Program-made: the position numbers and the translations under genes
Shown: positions 1 to 15,956 of the stretch, piece by piece
How the letters are laid out: the number at the start of each line of letters is the position of its first letter
How positions within the stretch are numbered: the stretch's first letter is position 1
Origin: Chrysomallon squamiferum
Taxonomy: Eukaryota; Animalia; Mollusca
Direction of reading: 5' to 3'
DNA: 64,000 nt
Assembly: GCA_012295275.1 (NCBI GenBank)
Contig: CM022672.1
Span: forward strand, 16,926,001 to 16,990,000
The notes under the pieces: model-generated
Seen by the model: the letters and a program-made list of their open reading frames with translations, nothing else
Told to the model about the DNA's origin: nothing
The model's database searches: none

Positions 1-1225
1 TTTACTGGACATCAAATCCTCAAATTTGAGAAAAATCTTTGCCTGCCTCTGGACTCCAAAGAGGTCTTGTACCTTCTTGCAAAATGTCTTCTCTTTGAGG
101 CCCTGCCAAACTCCATCATCATAAATACAAGAAATACACCATTTTGTCTAATTTTCAGTTTTCTTATTTATAATCACATCATTACATCACTATCATCATT
201 GTCATCATCATCATCATTTACCCACATTTAATCAGTATCCCTCTACCATCATCATCACAATCTTAATCTTAATCTATCTCATATTAATCGGAATGGCATG
301 TGGTTAGAAATCGATCGATCGCATAGTGTTTCAGTCTGGCCAAAGTATTTTAGAAATAAATATGTATAGCTTTTATTGGATACACCTTTCCCTCTCTCTC
401 TACTATCCATGTTGAACAACATAATCATCGAGAACCTCGTTTTCAAAGAAACGTTTCCTCCTCCAAATAAATTCCCTAAATCTGAAATAAACAATTAAAA
501 CAATTTTCCATTTGCTATTTTCGACATACAAAACCAAAATTATTAGATGCTGGGGTCATTTTTGAAGTAATATTATTACAACATTTACTTTAATTTAAAC
601 TGTCCTGTTTCTTAAAACAAATCAATTTTATGTTTACGTCACAGAAAATATTAATAGGCTTTAACAAAATGTATATATATTACATTTTTTTTTTTTTTTT
701 TTTTTTCCTCGAAATGTACAGCATGGACAGAATCCGAGCCTTAATCATGATACATCTTTCTCTCTGCAGTAAACATATATATATATATTCTTATATAAAT
801 ACCAAAAAAAAAAAAAAAAAAAAAAAAAAACCCACCCTCAAAAACCAAAAACAAAAAAAGCCCGAGTAACTAAAGCATAAAAAAATGCTCTAATATACTG
901 AATTTGTTATATTATTATTATTATTATTACCGATAGTTAGAGTACTGTCTTCTGTCAGTTTGTACTAAAACATTCTTATTTCGTCTCATTCAAAATGTGA
1001 AAGTTTATGTTACACAGTAATTCGTTACAGTTACAAAAACAATGGGGTGACTTCCCAATATTCGTCAGATTATATATAATATTTGTAGAAACACATAAAT
1101 TACAGGCCTATACTGTGTCAAAATACGTCATGAAAAATAGGATCGGCACTTTATTTGTTTTATCTTTATAATGTATTTCAGTAATAAAGAGAATGAGGGA
1201 GTGTTGATTCAAAGCCAGCTAAACA

Positions 1226-1229
<4 letters not shown>

Positions 1230-1305
<76 letters not shown>
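1230..1305. repeat. (GA)n microsatellite
   Basis: Pure GA run. Similar tracts at 6449-6553, 7897-7962, 13493-13587, 52068-52157 and 57601-57702. Confidence 0.95.
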
Positions 1306-1308
<3 letters not shown>

Positions 1309-1804
1309 AAATGACTTTATCAGTAATTTATTTTCAGCTTTAAAGTTATATTATTCATGATTTGTTTTGCTCTTTCCACTGAAATCCAAACAAATAACTG
1401 TTTCTTTTGTATTCGCCACCTTTCTGTTCAGTTTTCGTAGTATCGACGACTACTGCCGAGAAGGCCCGAATCAAAATGGGATTGTGAAAGGCATCTCATT
1501 GATCTGTTTACGAATTCGCAACCTTTCGTTGATAGCCTAGACTAATAATTTGCTGGAATTGATTTCATAGAAATAGCAGACGTGTTTTTGTGAGAGAGAG
1601 ATAAAAAAACAAATCTTTTGTTATGCATCTGAAATACGTCATCAGTGACAGAATTCATTTTGCTGGGTTCATCTCGATTACGTAAATATAAAATTATTCG
1701 CTTTTCGGGAAGAATGATCTATATTATTATGCAAGATGAATTATTTGTATATGGAGCTAAGGTAAACTGTTGAATAGAGTGCACTGATTAAACCCAGATT
1801 ATTT

Positions 1805-1842
<38 letters not shown>

Positions 1843-2287
1843 ACAATATAAATACCCCAACACCGAACAATTATAAAAAAAAAAACCCAAAAAACAAAAC
1901 AAACACGAACAACAACAACAAATTATCTACTTACTTTTTTATGTTGTTTTAGTTGGACCTTATTTCTTTTCTTCTTTTTTTTTTTTTTTTTTTTACTGAA
2001 TTTATGTTATTTAATATGAATGTTTTGTGTTTATATGTTTGATGAAAATTGAACTCTTTTTATATGTATCTGTAATAAAGAAGAGTTAAATGTGCTTTTA
2101 TTTGTAAATTCTTTATTTATCAGCATCAGTGTAAATAACTGACTATACGTTTACGTCAGAAAAAATTATATTAATTCAAATTACGATAATCCCCGATAAT
2201 AACTGATGATTAATTTAAATAATTTTCATCATATGAATTTCATATGACTATCACACCCACCCACACCAACACCTACCCACCCACCCA

Positions 2288-2341
<54 letters not shown>

Positions 2342-5300
2342 CACACACACACACACATTATCACTTCATCGGTTTCTTCTTTTATATCATTTCAGTGCAG
2401 TCGTTATAACAATAAAACATGTTAACCATTTCTTGATTCATAAATATCAAGATACGTGCATTTTCTGCACACGTGTTTCGTTTTGGTTGTTATGAGGCTC
2501 GTTTTAGGTGCTGTAAATGTTTTTAGAAACCGAATTAGAAATAAACCAAAATATATAAATTTCAATAATCCCTTTATCATAACATGGAGATACGAGTAAT
2601 TCTACAATTATTTGAAAATCGAAGAGTGAAAGGTGAACTGACCCTATTTATAATGAAAAATGTAGAAAAATAAATTCAAGAACGGGTTTTGGTTTTATAT
2701 CTTTTAGTTTCTTACTCTGTGAATATATAGAGTAATTTTTATCTTTTTTAAAAAAAAAAAAAATATCTGTATATTTATTTGTTTTTTATTATTATTATTA
2801 TTTTTTAAAAACCGTACAGTTCAAGTAGGAAAACAATTTATCATTCTTGTGATAAATAACTAAAATACAACATATATAAAGATATTTACTACAAAAGTGC
2901 ACAGGATTCAGTTGTTTCGAAGAATTAAGTACCAGTCTAGAGAAGATTTTGAAGAATTAACTTAAAAGTTTAAAGAAGTAATTTATTCTGAAAAATTAAC
3001 TAAATGTCTCCAGAAGCTATTTAATATAACAGTGCAGAAGCTAATTATTCTAAAGAAGTAATTAAAAGCACCACAGAACTTAATAATAATTCGTCACTGG
3101 TATTTGAGGAACTAAGCTAGAACAGTGGTTTTAATTTGTGATAACCAGAAAAAGTCAATACGACAGTATAACTCCAGTTGTTATTTGTCACTAATTTCTT
3201 CTTTCTTTTTTTATTTCTTTTTTTTTTTTTTTTTTTTTTTTTTTTCCTTTAAAAAAAAAAAATAATAATAATAATAATAATAATCAGTTGAAGTCGACAG
3301 CAGATATAATTTTTTTGAGAATACTTTTAAATTTTCAAAAATCTCAGATCCTCCGCTGACTGTAATTTTTCATTTCTGAAAAGATATATAATTAAGGACT
3401 TTTTTTTTTTTTTTTTTTTATCCTTTTGACCTACGGGGCGTTCTCTTTTATTTTTCTGTGACAAAAACTACTGTCAGACCTCAGTAATAATAATCATGAC
3501 ACGATCTCAAAGGGTGATATTGATTTTAGACAAGCGGTCGTTAGCACAGAGAAATCTTCGGCTGACCTACGTGGGCCAGTGACGTACGAGTGTAGAATAT
3601 TGGTACAGATAATCCAGCGTTCTACAAAACAGAACCAGTCTTCAATAGTAAACAGCCGATTGATTGGGATTCTCAGCACAGCCATATGAAATAAAGCAAT
3701 GTTAAATGATAAGCTTTGATCTGTATTAACAAAACATCTTCTTTTATAATTAGTTTTATAAACCACAAAATGAAAAAGATCACGAAGAAGAAGAACAGGA
3801 AAAAAAAGAAGAAGAGAGAGAAAAAAGATTTAAAAAAAAAAAAAAAAAAAAAAAAACATGAAGCAAGAGGAATGAGTAGGCGGAGAGTCAGAAGAAGAAG
3901 ACAAAAAATATGATGAGAAGAAGAATAGAAATACAAAAAAATATAATAAAAAAATAAATAAATAAATAATAATAAAAAAAAATAATGACGTCATTATATT
4001 AATAATCAAGAAAGCTTTGCTTTCGCATTGTAATAAAGATATTTTTTCATGTTGTTCTATTTCGTTATTTTGAGAGATTTTGAGCAGTAGAAGTCCTCCT
4101 TTCTTTCGTAGGTTTATCACTTTAGAATGTTCGATTGTATTTCAGTCAAAACAGCAGTGGCTGATCCTGCCGTATTCGCTAAACCCTGTCTTTAACATAC
4201 AAAGCATGCGGGGAAATATAGTGAAAAGGAAAATATTATACTGAATAAAATGTAATCCACATGATCCTATGCGATGTGCTACATAAAATTCAAATTCATC
4301 GAAATACTGATTATAAAAAAAGTCATTCATCTTTTTGAGAGCGGTGCAGTGTATGTATTTGCTGTTACAGAATTAGTGCTATGCTTTTAAAATGAATAAT
4401 AAGAAGAAGAAGAAAAAAAAAAAATTTTTCTCTCTCTCTCTTTTTTTTTTTTTTTTTTTTTAATAAATAAAAACTAGTTAATAATTTTAATAAGAAAATG
4501 CCTAGGAAGTGAAACGAGGAAGTGTTTTCCTTTTTCTTGAAAGTTATAATTATAGCGTATGACAGTTAATACATTTTGTAATGCATAGTTCGAGAATAAT
4601 ATTTATATGTCCAGAAATATAATCAGATCTATTAACCTGGCAACCATTACCTACAGTAAATTTTGTTTCCATGTAGAGGATTGTGATAGATGCCTTCTGA
4701 GTTGTTATTAGATTATTAATTTTCATAAATTATCAAATACTTAAATAAATTTATATACATACATTTTGTCTGTCTGTTACTTTTATTACATAACACTGAA
4801 AACATTTCCTAGTACTGTTCAGTGAATTGTGTGTTTATTTCTCTACATTATTTAAAAATTGCATTTAATATCATTATTGTGCTGATGCCGAAAGTCCGTT
4901 AAATGAGAATTTAATTTTTTTTTTTTTTTTTTAAATTACAATATATTTAATATTATAGCACTGTTTTTATAATAAAAAAATATAAGATATTTAATGCATT
5001 CACCATTTTTTTTTTTTTGTTCGTAGAAAGTTCTTTATTTTGCCCTTTAGTGGTGCACAAGAATAAATAAATACTGTAGTATATGGAAGACAAATGTCAC
5101 CTAACTGCCTGCAGAATTTTCTAGAAGGCTGTTGACGAAAATGAAAAGTCGGCTTCATTAAAAGTAAAATACTGTATCAATAAAGAGTAGTGGAAACTCT
5201 TCATATAATCTATGTTAATATACTGAGAACTGTTTGGGTGTAACTCACCCACCTACGTAACCTACATCTAGCGTGACCTATCAACATAGCAGCAATTGCT

Positions 5301-5573
5301 CCCGCCCAAATGCAAAATCCGTTAAACAGAGGTTTTACTGTATTTTGCTTTTCTTTCCAATTCTGTTTAAGTTTGTACAAGCAGGAAAAAAGTTTATTAT
5401 TATTATTATTATTATTATTAAAAGTCATTAAATGATTATATATATATATATATGAATAATATAAATAAAAATAAAAAATAAATAGTTTTATAAATAATTC
5501 AACCAATATTATCAGTATAGTTTTTTTGATGCTTTTATAGTAGTTGTTGTTTTTGTTGTTGTTGTTATTGTTA

Positions 5574-5643
<70 letters not shown>

Positions 5644-6443
5644 TACTACTTTAAGTTTTTATTTCCATTTTTGATCAAATTTTAAAACGTTTAATTTCTT
5701 ATAGAATTATCGTATTATATGAAGGTAATCTGGGAACGATCGCTCGAATATCCTTTTAGAAGAGTTTATTACAATAATATAAGACTCAAACAAACTCGAT
5801 CAGTTTGTGATGAAGATATTGGTAACAATATCAGTTATATATATAAAAAAAATATAATCAAGAAACTTAATTTGATAACCGACATAGCATGTTACTACTA
5901 CTATTACTATTGCTACTACGACAACTACAACTACTACTGCTACTGCTTCTGCACATTTGTTTATTTAAATCGATTATTAAGAACATATACACAACAGAGT
6001 AAACACATATAAATTGTTTCGGCTGTTAAATTCATCAAACTGATTTAGAAAAATCTTATAAAATACTTAAATCTTAGACTGTTATTTATTTTATCCTGCC
6101 CTCCTAAATAACTCAAAAAATAAATGAAATCAACTGTTTTTCAACTCACCGCACTCAATATTACTAGATTCATGCGTATTTATTTTCGTCTTAAAAGAAC
6201 TGTACATTAAAATAAAATAGTTCTTAAATAATAGCAACTCATTTTGTTATTTTCAAAAAAACAAAACAAAAAAAAACCTATAATAAAATGGTCAATTAAA
6301 CATTAAAGAAGTAACACTGGACAAAAATAATAAAATAGTTCCAAAAAGCTATATTTTTGGACAGTGACTGAAAATATAAAAATTACTAGTTACAGTATCT
6401 CGCCACTTACTTATAGTGATTGCAGGATATATATATGAAGATA

Positions 6444-6557
<114 letters not shown>

Positions 6558-6566
6558 TTGATATCT

Positions 6567-6631
6567 TGGCCCTCCGCCAAAACACTGCATAGCTGTCTGG
6601 CCCCCTGATTTCAAAAGGTTGCCGACCCCTG
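6567..6631. mobile_element. hAT MITE terminal fragment
   Basis: Ends in AAAGGTTGCCGACCCCTG (reverse complement CAGGGGTCGGCAACCTTT), the same TIR type as the 30717-31010 element. The partner end was not found. Confidence 0.5.
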
Positions 6632-6818
6632 CCATAAACAGTTGATGAACCAATACTATAGATGTCACACAGATTAAGCACCGAATTATATATATGTGTG
6701 TGTGTGTATGTGTGTGTGTGTGTGTGTGTTTGTGTGTATGTACGCTCACGTTTGTGTTTGGGTTTGCATATAGATACATACAACAATATATAATATACCA
6801 TATTCTTCTAAATTTATT

Positions 6819-6889
<71 letters not shown>

Positions 6890-7894
6890 GTTCTTCGGAT
6901 TCTACATTTAAAGTGTTTCAGCATGCAACTAAATTTTAAAACTGATTTCGGTTTTAACTATTGATAAACGTACATGAATTATATTAATTTAAAAAACAAA
7001 CAAACCTAAGCAGAACATTCCACATATTTATTTACCTTGTTCACGTACAGATGAAAATACACATCTACATATACTTAAGAACACACACACACACGCACAC
7101 ACACGCACACATACAGACAGAGATACACATGCGCACACAATGAACAACGATACTTGTCAGACCATTATTATAATTTGTTCAGCTTCAGTATTCTGCTCAG
7201 GATATACAAGTAGTTTCCTTTTGGTTTTTCTTTTAAATATCTATTTATTTTATTGTTTAAAATACAAATGAAAAAATATAAGCTTGTGCACACATTATGC
7301 AAGCTCTGGCGAGGGGGGGGGGTGAGGATGATTACGCAACAACGCTTACTTTGCTATTTCGGTCCTGTTTCTTTTTTCTATTTTAAGATAATAAGCGCCA
7401 AAAATAGAACGATTAACAGTCACTGTGTAGCATCGCAACGCGTAATATCCCAAAACACTGCTTACTACACCAGACGCTTGAGTCTCCTTGTAGTAAGTTA
7501 CTGCGGTTCAGTGCGTGTATAATCGCATAAATCACAAGCACAGACTAGCAATGTGTCTGTACTATAAATAGAATATAGCATGCTGTGATAGGAATGTCGA
7601 CGTCATTCTTTTCTGTCATTTCGCCATCGATATCTCGGTCGGATAGGTTAGCTTAACTTACTTTGTTGTGTTTAATATTCTTCTTCTTCTTCTTCTTCTT
7701 CTTCTTATCATTTTTTTTTTCACAGTATAGTTACATGTATTATAATAACTTCAGTCGCATATACAGATAATTGTAAAATATTCAGTTAAGACTACGCTTC
7801 TTTTTTCTTTTATTTTAAATGTTCTTGTCATTATCACATTAAAATAAACTAAAACTATAATGCTCCATACTATGACACATTATGTATTATAATT

Positions 7895-7964
<70 letters not shown>

Positions 7965-8224
7965 CACACACACAAAAAACTATATTAGATTTCTACAACC
8001 TATTTAATAATCTAGGCTACGATTCGCACGGTTGGTTAATACTTGTTTTCTTACTAGGATGTGTGTACCCGTTACAATTGTTGATAATAAATATAATTAT
8101 ATGTCATTCCCCAGAAATAATCATGTGATTCGAAAATATCTATATTAGGAAGTACAATCACTTTATATATGGTTTTCTTAAGTCTTCCTTTTATAGGTTA
8201 TTTTTTATTTTATTTATTTATTTA

Positions 8225-8255
<31 letters not shown>

Positions 8256-8559
8256 TTATTTACCAAAATATCTTTAGTAACGATTAATTTACACGTCATA
8301 ATAAATTATGATGATGATGATAATGGTCGTAGTAATAATTCATTGTTTTATTTATTTATTTTTAAATTTCGTTCATTCATTCATTCGTTTATTTCTAACC
8401 AGATTAAATAAACAGTAGAAACACTAGATATGGTTTGGCTGATTAAATTACGTGGGTTTGTTGGATCTCTCATTGTCCACTTTTTAAAAGAGATTCAAGT
8501 ATAAACCCGTGGAAATAAAATACTATCAGATAATAGCAAAATGTAGTAATAGTAGTAGT

Positions 8560-8601
<42 letters not shown>

Positions 8602-9012
8602 AATAATAATAATAATGATGATGATGATGATGATTATGATGATAATGATGATAATGATGACTATGAGTATGGCGATAAAATAAAATACATAAAAAAGTAA
8701 AATGTTCGATACAGAGAGGGCAGTAATTATCAGTTTTAAATTTACTGATAAGATAATTTCAGTAAATTAAAAATGTATTTATTAAAAGACTGCCAAACGA
8801 TTAAATGTTATAATGGGAATTAAAACTTATTTGTATAATTGAATATACAGAGCAGAAAACTTGATTAATGAGTTTACGTTTTCTATAAATTCTTTAAGTC
8901 TTTGCCCTCTCTTTTATCTGTTTCTGGCGTTTTCGTTTAACAGAACTTCTGATGGATTCACTGAACTCGCTAAAAGAATGTTTCTTAAACTAATTCATTG
9001 TTATTCGTCCTT

Positions 9013-9054
<42 letters not shown>

Positions 9055-9984
9055 TCATTCACAGGTGAATAAATTTCCTTATGACTTTTTTTTTTTTTTT
9101 TTGGTCTTTTGTTTCATCCACTCTAAAATAACTCCATTTATCCATGAGCATTCCATTCGGCAATTTTAAAAACACTCGTTTAGTTCTTCGAATTTCCCGC
9201 TTAGTCAACTAATTAGTCGTGGAATTATATTACTGCTACCTCTGCTGCTGCTGCTACTACTAATACTACTACAACTACTATTTCTACTGCCACTACTACT
9301 GACAACAATAACATATTTTACTATTACTATTGTTACAACAACAACAACTACTACTGCTACTACTATAAACAAGATATATTTCTGTAATTAAATTACAATG
9401 TCGAAGTAGCGATGGTAGTTTAAGCAAAAGGGTTGTTATTTTTAATTATTAATGACAATATAAAACATCAACAACAACAAAACATAATTATAACATTGTT
9501 CTGAAAACTTAGTAGTTATGATTCCGGATACAATATTTCTGAATAATATGGGGAAGAAAATAATCTGAATACCTAAACCTTTTTTTCCGGGATCATTTTA
9601 AACAGATTCTTATCAAACACAGAACATTCCAGAAGAAGGTTCGCGCTTGTTTGAATTATTTGACTGCGGATATTTGTTCAAGGTCAGGGTCGAAACACGA
9701 ATCAGCAGACGAGAACCCGGGTTTATAAGCAGACGACAGAAGAGGACAACGAAGGTCAGTTTTCTTCTAACTCGGTGAGGTGTTAAGAATGAAATAAACC
9801 ACCCAGACACTGGCCCAATCCGCGGATTATGCTTGTGAAGTTGACAAAAGATTTATAGGGTGTACTGTCGCATTTCGTACAATGTCACGGGGTCGGAGCG
9901 ACCCCGGAAGAATATGTCCAATATAATGATAAACTGCTGTTCTATTCTATATGTTTATTTGTCCTTTTTAATTTCTTCTTAATT

Positions 9985-10015
<31 letters not shown>

Positions 10016-10996
10016 GTTGCATTTCATTAGTTATCGCGTTTGATATTGTGGGTATGCTACCATTACTTCTGCTACTATTATACTACTACCACTACCACTA
10101 CCACTACTATTATTACAACAACTGCTGCTACTCGTTTTCCTCATATCACTGCTGATGCTACTACTACTACTACTACTACTACTACTAGTATTATTACTAT
10201 CACTACTACTACTACTACTACTACTACTACACCTCCTCCTTTTTAACAATGTAACATAAAACCGAAAGATAGTGTAAATGACGATGCATATTATTTGGGG
10301 TTACTGAGAACCGCTGTACCAGTTACACCCTGGTACTTGTTTGGGTGGCGGATTACAACACACATTCAGTGCATTATGCGAAATAAACCACCTGGTAGCG
10401 AATAGACCCACCCGTTTGTTACTTGTATTTCAGGCTTTAGTACTCATTTCAATACAGTACATGTAGGGTATATCTATGTCAGTTTGAGAATGGGATTATA
10501 CATGTTTTACAAACATAACAGTGTTATCTACGTTTTTATTGTCCCTATTATTGTAACCGTAATTCTATTGCAATGACAATAATTCACAGACATATAACTA
10601 CTTCTGGTAAGATTTGTATGTTTCACCATACTGCTGTTTGTAATTTCTAGTAGTCTTACCATTTATATCGCTAATATTACTCCTGGTATTATTGCCATTA
10701 TTTTAATATTGTTTAACCATTATTGCACTTCTATCACATCTAGTGATACTTATGATTGTGACTAACACTACGATTATTTTATCAATCAGTGTTATTGCTA
10801 TACTTTAGTCATTATTACCATTGATGGTGATACTAATGCTAATACATCGAAGCTTTGGACAAAAATTACATGTAATATATAATACAAATATTATTACTAC
10901 CACTGTTATTGTTATCGCTATTATTAGAATTATTTTACAGTAACATGTCAGCATATTATTGCACTCTGTAAAAAAAAACCCAAAACCCAAAACCCC

Positions 10997-11064
<68 letters not shown>

Positions 11065-11991
11065 TATATATAATCGCAAGATGATGACTACGTAAATTTC
11101 TATATTTTTACTTCGTTAAAGTACTTGTTATTTACTTACACATATTATTCAAAGTTACATCTTCACACTTTTAATGTAAAGTCTTTGTAGGCGAATACGA
11201 AATCAGTACGCATGTATCTGTTACCCTAGAGGCAGACGACTTGAGAAATAAACTTTAATAAAAAAAATGTATTTATGATTGCAGAACCTCGTTGGATTCG
11301 CCGTTCAAACCTTCGCTGGGTAAGGCTGATATATTAAGACAGTAACATGTTATTTCCCAGTTATAGTAATATGCATGGATGCATCTTTGTACGTGTTTGT
11401 GTATTCCTTTCATTGTCTCAAAAACAGTCATTAAAGTTAAATTTCTATTCTTAGAAGTGTCACATTTATTTATTTATTTATTTGTGGTTTTTTTTTTCAG
11501 TTTTGTTTAAACAAAACACACACGCACACACACACACACACACACACAGAGAGAAAACACCTCTCGAAAAAAATAACAACACCCCCCTCCCCATTACACA
11601 CGAAAATAAATAAAACGTAGATTATGTGACCTTGTCGCTGGTTACGTAGAAAATCCGCTCCAACATCGAGTTGAAACGTGATCAATCTGGTTCTTTCTTC
11701 CTGCTGACGACGCAGTTTGATACGTCATGCGTTATCCTGCGCTGAACAGGAAGATGACACGTGACTCAGTCTTGCATGCTGTCACATGTTCAAACAAAGA
11801 AAGGTAAATGAGAACTATTTGCAGGTCGGTCGACACCACGCAGGTACAGACACAGTCTTTGCTTGTTTCCTTTTATATTCACATTCGTGACTATAGTTAC
11901 AACCTAAAATAATAGTTTATAATCTTATAATCTAATAAACAAAATAAAATAAAATGTGCAAATTAATATATATATATATATATACACACAC

Positions 11992-12043
<52 letters not shown>

Positions 12044-13140
12044 ATAAAAAAGGTATTACTTATTACATAAATGTTAAAAATCCTCAAACTATATCTTAGG
12101 ACTCTGTAATAAGCAAAACAAAACTGTATTCGGAAAAAAAAAAAAAAAAAAAAAAAAAAAATAACTCGATTAATTTGTTATGTAAAACTGATCATACTTC
12201 AGTTTCAAATAAGAAATGTAAATGTAAATATAGTTTATTGATCAATGTTTGAACACGCACACGCACACGCACACGCACACGCACACGCACGCACATACAA
12301 ACACTTTCTGTGTATGTGCCTAAATTCCAGCGACTTATTACTCAGCGGTGGGAAAGATGAAGTTCATGCGAAAAGGCAATATTATAAAAATAGAATCGAT
12401 GAGGTAATGTCTGGGAATCCCCAGCCCATTTCAACCAATGAGGTTGCCCGCTACAATGTCAAGGTAATGAGGAAAGTCCGCGTAGAAACGAAAAAACAAC
12501 TACAAAACAAATACAGAGGCAACAGTTTCCGTGAACTTAGAAGGAAAAACATCACAACAACGATGACTTATAGCAAGCAAGTGAAACTAAAAATACATTA
12601 TATTTATGTACCTTTATTGGGTATTTTATATTTTTTTTCTATGTGAAGTCTTGGTGTCCTCTTTGTGACAAATATATACAGAAATACAGAAATAGTCAGA
12701 ACCTGTTTCTAAAAAACAAAAACAAAAGAGAAAAAAGAAGAACCCCCAAACACAAAACAAAAAACAACCCCCAAACAAACAACAACAAAACATTAAGAAT
12801 GTTTATGTATGTATTATGTACGTACGTGTGTATACACACATTTCTAAAGTGTTTTTTTTCTTCTAAATTAAAAAACCCACAGTGTGTGTATATATGTGTA
12901 TATATATACACACATATATAAAGAAATATTTTTGTTAAGTACGTTCTCACTGACTGTTTCCATATGTTTGTCCCAAACACAAGACAAAGTCCATACACAC
13001 ATGAATTCATGTTCATTTATAAAAAACAGACATACAAAAAAGGCAGTATGTTCAGACACTTCTAAATTTATTTAAAACTGAATATGATTTGATGTGTGAA
13101 CAATATATAGATAGACACAGACACACATACACCCACCCAT

Positions 13141-13175
<35 letters not shown>

Positions 13176-13443
13176 AGAGATCATTTATATACATTTTGAA
13201 AAACATTAGCGATCGTTAGTTACATAATTAATGAGGACATAGACACATATATAGAAATGCAGAGAGATTATATATACAGAGATGCAGAGAGATTATAGAG
13301 TAATATATATATATATATATGTTAAAATTTTCTGTAAACGATCGTTCACATATCAAATCATCTTCATTTTGAAGTATAATTAGAATTGTCTAAATTTAGG
13401 TATATGAAAACATTAGAATTGTTATTGGTCAGACATACACACA

Positions 13444-13571
<128 letters not shown>

Positions 13572-14017
13572 GAGAGAGAGAGAGAGAAATGTATCAATTC
13601 AGATAAAAAAAAATTGCATTTCATACATTATTATCTTTCACATTTTACAGATTTAGTGTGTCTAATTTATAATAGGTTTCTGAATTTATTATGATAATTA
13701 CGTAAAAAATTTAACCAGATTCTTACAACAGTGGAAAGCAAAATTTCGATATCTTATGAAATGTTTATTCGAATATTTGTTACAGCGAGTCAACCCCCCA
13801 AAAAAAAAAAAAAAAAAACCCGCGAAAGAAAACTGGAATTACATAACCCCGAAAGGTATTGAAATTTTGCTAAGCATATTCTTTATGTATGGACGATGAT
13901 ATTGTGTTAGCGTGTTTGTTTTCTGTTATTATTATTTCAGCAGAATAGAGAAAGGAGAATGGGGTTTTATACATTTTACAAAATGTTACCCCAGTTGTTA
14001 CTGCCTCTATTATTATT

Positions 14018-14063
<46 letters not shown>

Positions 14064-14617
14064 CCATCAAAGCTAAACAAACTGTTTTTATTCACTCATT
14101 CAGTATAACATCATAAGAAATGAATCTACATCCATTTATACAAGAGTAAAACTCTAACCTAAATCACTCCAAACTAAGTCACGTCCCTGTATCATGTGGT
14201 TTTTAATTAATTCATTTATTTTGCTCTTGTTTGTTTGTTAGCTTTTTAAATCATTCATTTAATACTACCGTAACATAATTCACTGCATATTCATTTTAAA
14301 TTGCCTTTCCCCCCTTACCGCTGTCATAACAAGACGTGGTTCTGCACTTGTAGCATCATTTTAACAAATGGTTGATCAAACAACAAATGCGATGTGCTTA
14401 TGACCGACAACTGACACTTCCGATTCGGACAGGATTAATCAATATTAACTATGATTCATCATCGGCTTCAGTACTGAGATCTGCGAGAAATCTGAATTGT
14501 CGTTCTGTTTGGAATTATCGTGCATTGTGTATCTCATAGCTGCTCTTTGTGTTTCGTTAAATTACATTTGTATTTGTGGTCCATTGTATTTATGTGTGTT
14601 TTATATTATTATTATTA

Positions 14618-14673
<56 letters not shown>

Positions 14674-15924
14674 TCTTTATTATTATTTTTTTTTTTTATT
14701 AAGAGAGCTTTCACAAACTGAATGCCTATTTGATTATTCGGATTTATTATTTTTTTCTTCTTCTTCTTTGTATTTGTATTCGATTGTTATTATATTCAAA
14801 TTTTTTTGTTTTGTTTAATATTAACAATAATTTCTAATGGTTTAATGTACTGAATGTTAATTATATTGGATTGGACACAATTATCATGTAGAAAATTATT
14901 ACTGAAAAATTATTTATTACAAATTTAAAGTGAGAGAAAGTCGGACGCACTGGTATCGACTGTATTGATGTATAAACGCTGTAATGTGCAATTCTTTGTA
15001 CATGAACAGACTCAAGTGTTGAGCTGAATGTAATGATATGTGAATGATTTAAGTGTTGGTATGAGCTATATTTGTATATATACGCGGACAGAAATGCTAG
15101 TTTGGACCATTTAGTATAACATAAATAAAGTGAAGAGCAATTAAATACATGCATATACGAACTTTATAAACTGACTGTGAAATCAGAGACTGCAAGTATG
15201 GACTTCATCTACATATAAACAGAGTAAAATGCATTCATAGTCGACATGTATAACTGGATTGAAGTGCTTGTACAGGCTATAATATTATATATAAATAGTG
15301 AAGTGTTATTACGGACTGTGTATTTATAACAATATAAACGTTTTGATGAAACCATTGTTATGATGAAACCACAGACCACAAAAAAAATCGAAATGGAAAA
15401 CCAGTTTGGTAATAAACTGAGGTGACTATGACTAGCTGTCGTGGGACATAACCCAGATTTCTCAATGCTTGACTGTACCTTGATCCGACACGGTAACAAG
15501 CCGTAAACAAATACCCGACAGATTAAGAGAATTATACCCCTACTTTGTAACAGTGACGCAGCAGTTTTGTAATTACAATTTTATCAACAAGACTAAAAAT
15601 CATCGGATAGCTGGTTCTATACCTGTCACAGGTTGATTTAAAAAAATAGATTACTTATTACTTAATAACATCTTAAAAACATTTATTTCTCGTTAACCCC
15701 CCCAAAAAAAAACGTTCTGACAGTCTGATATGTGTTTTCTAACGATATATAAACTTTACTTATTTTGCCAGTCGTTATCTCTTTGATTATGTGGGAACGT
15801 CAAACTTAGGATATTTTTGTTATTAACTAAGGCAAAAGTTCTATAAAAAAAACAACAACCTGTTAATAACATTATTTTCTTGCATATCTTCTTTAGAATG
15901 TTTCCCACAACATGTACATTTTTC

Positions 15925-15956
<32 letters not shown>

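Noticed and set aside
10270-10420. GC-richer segment reminiscent of a SINE core
   Set aside because: No second copy in the window and no definable ends. It cannot be supported without a repeat library.
12245-12646. 133-aa ORF
   Set aside because: Begins in a (CACG/CA) repeat and has no recognisable domain. Kept only as a possible exon island.
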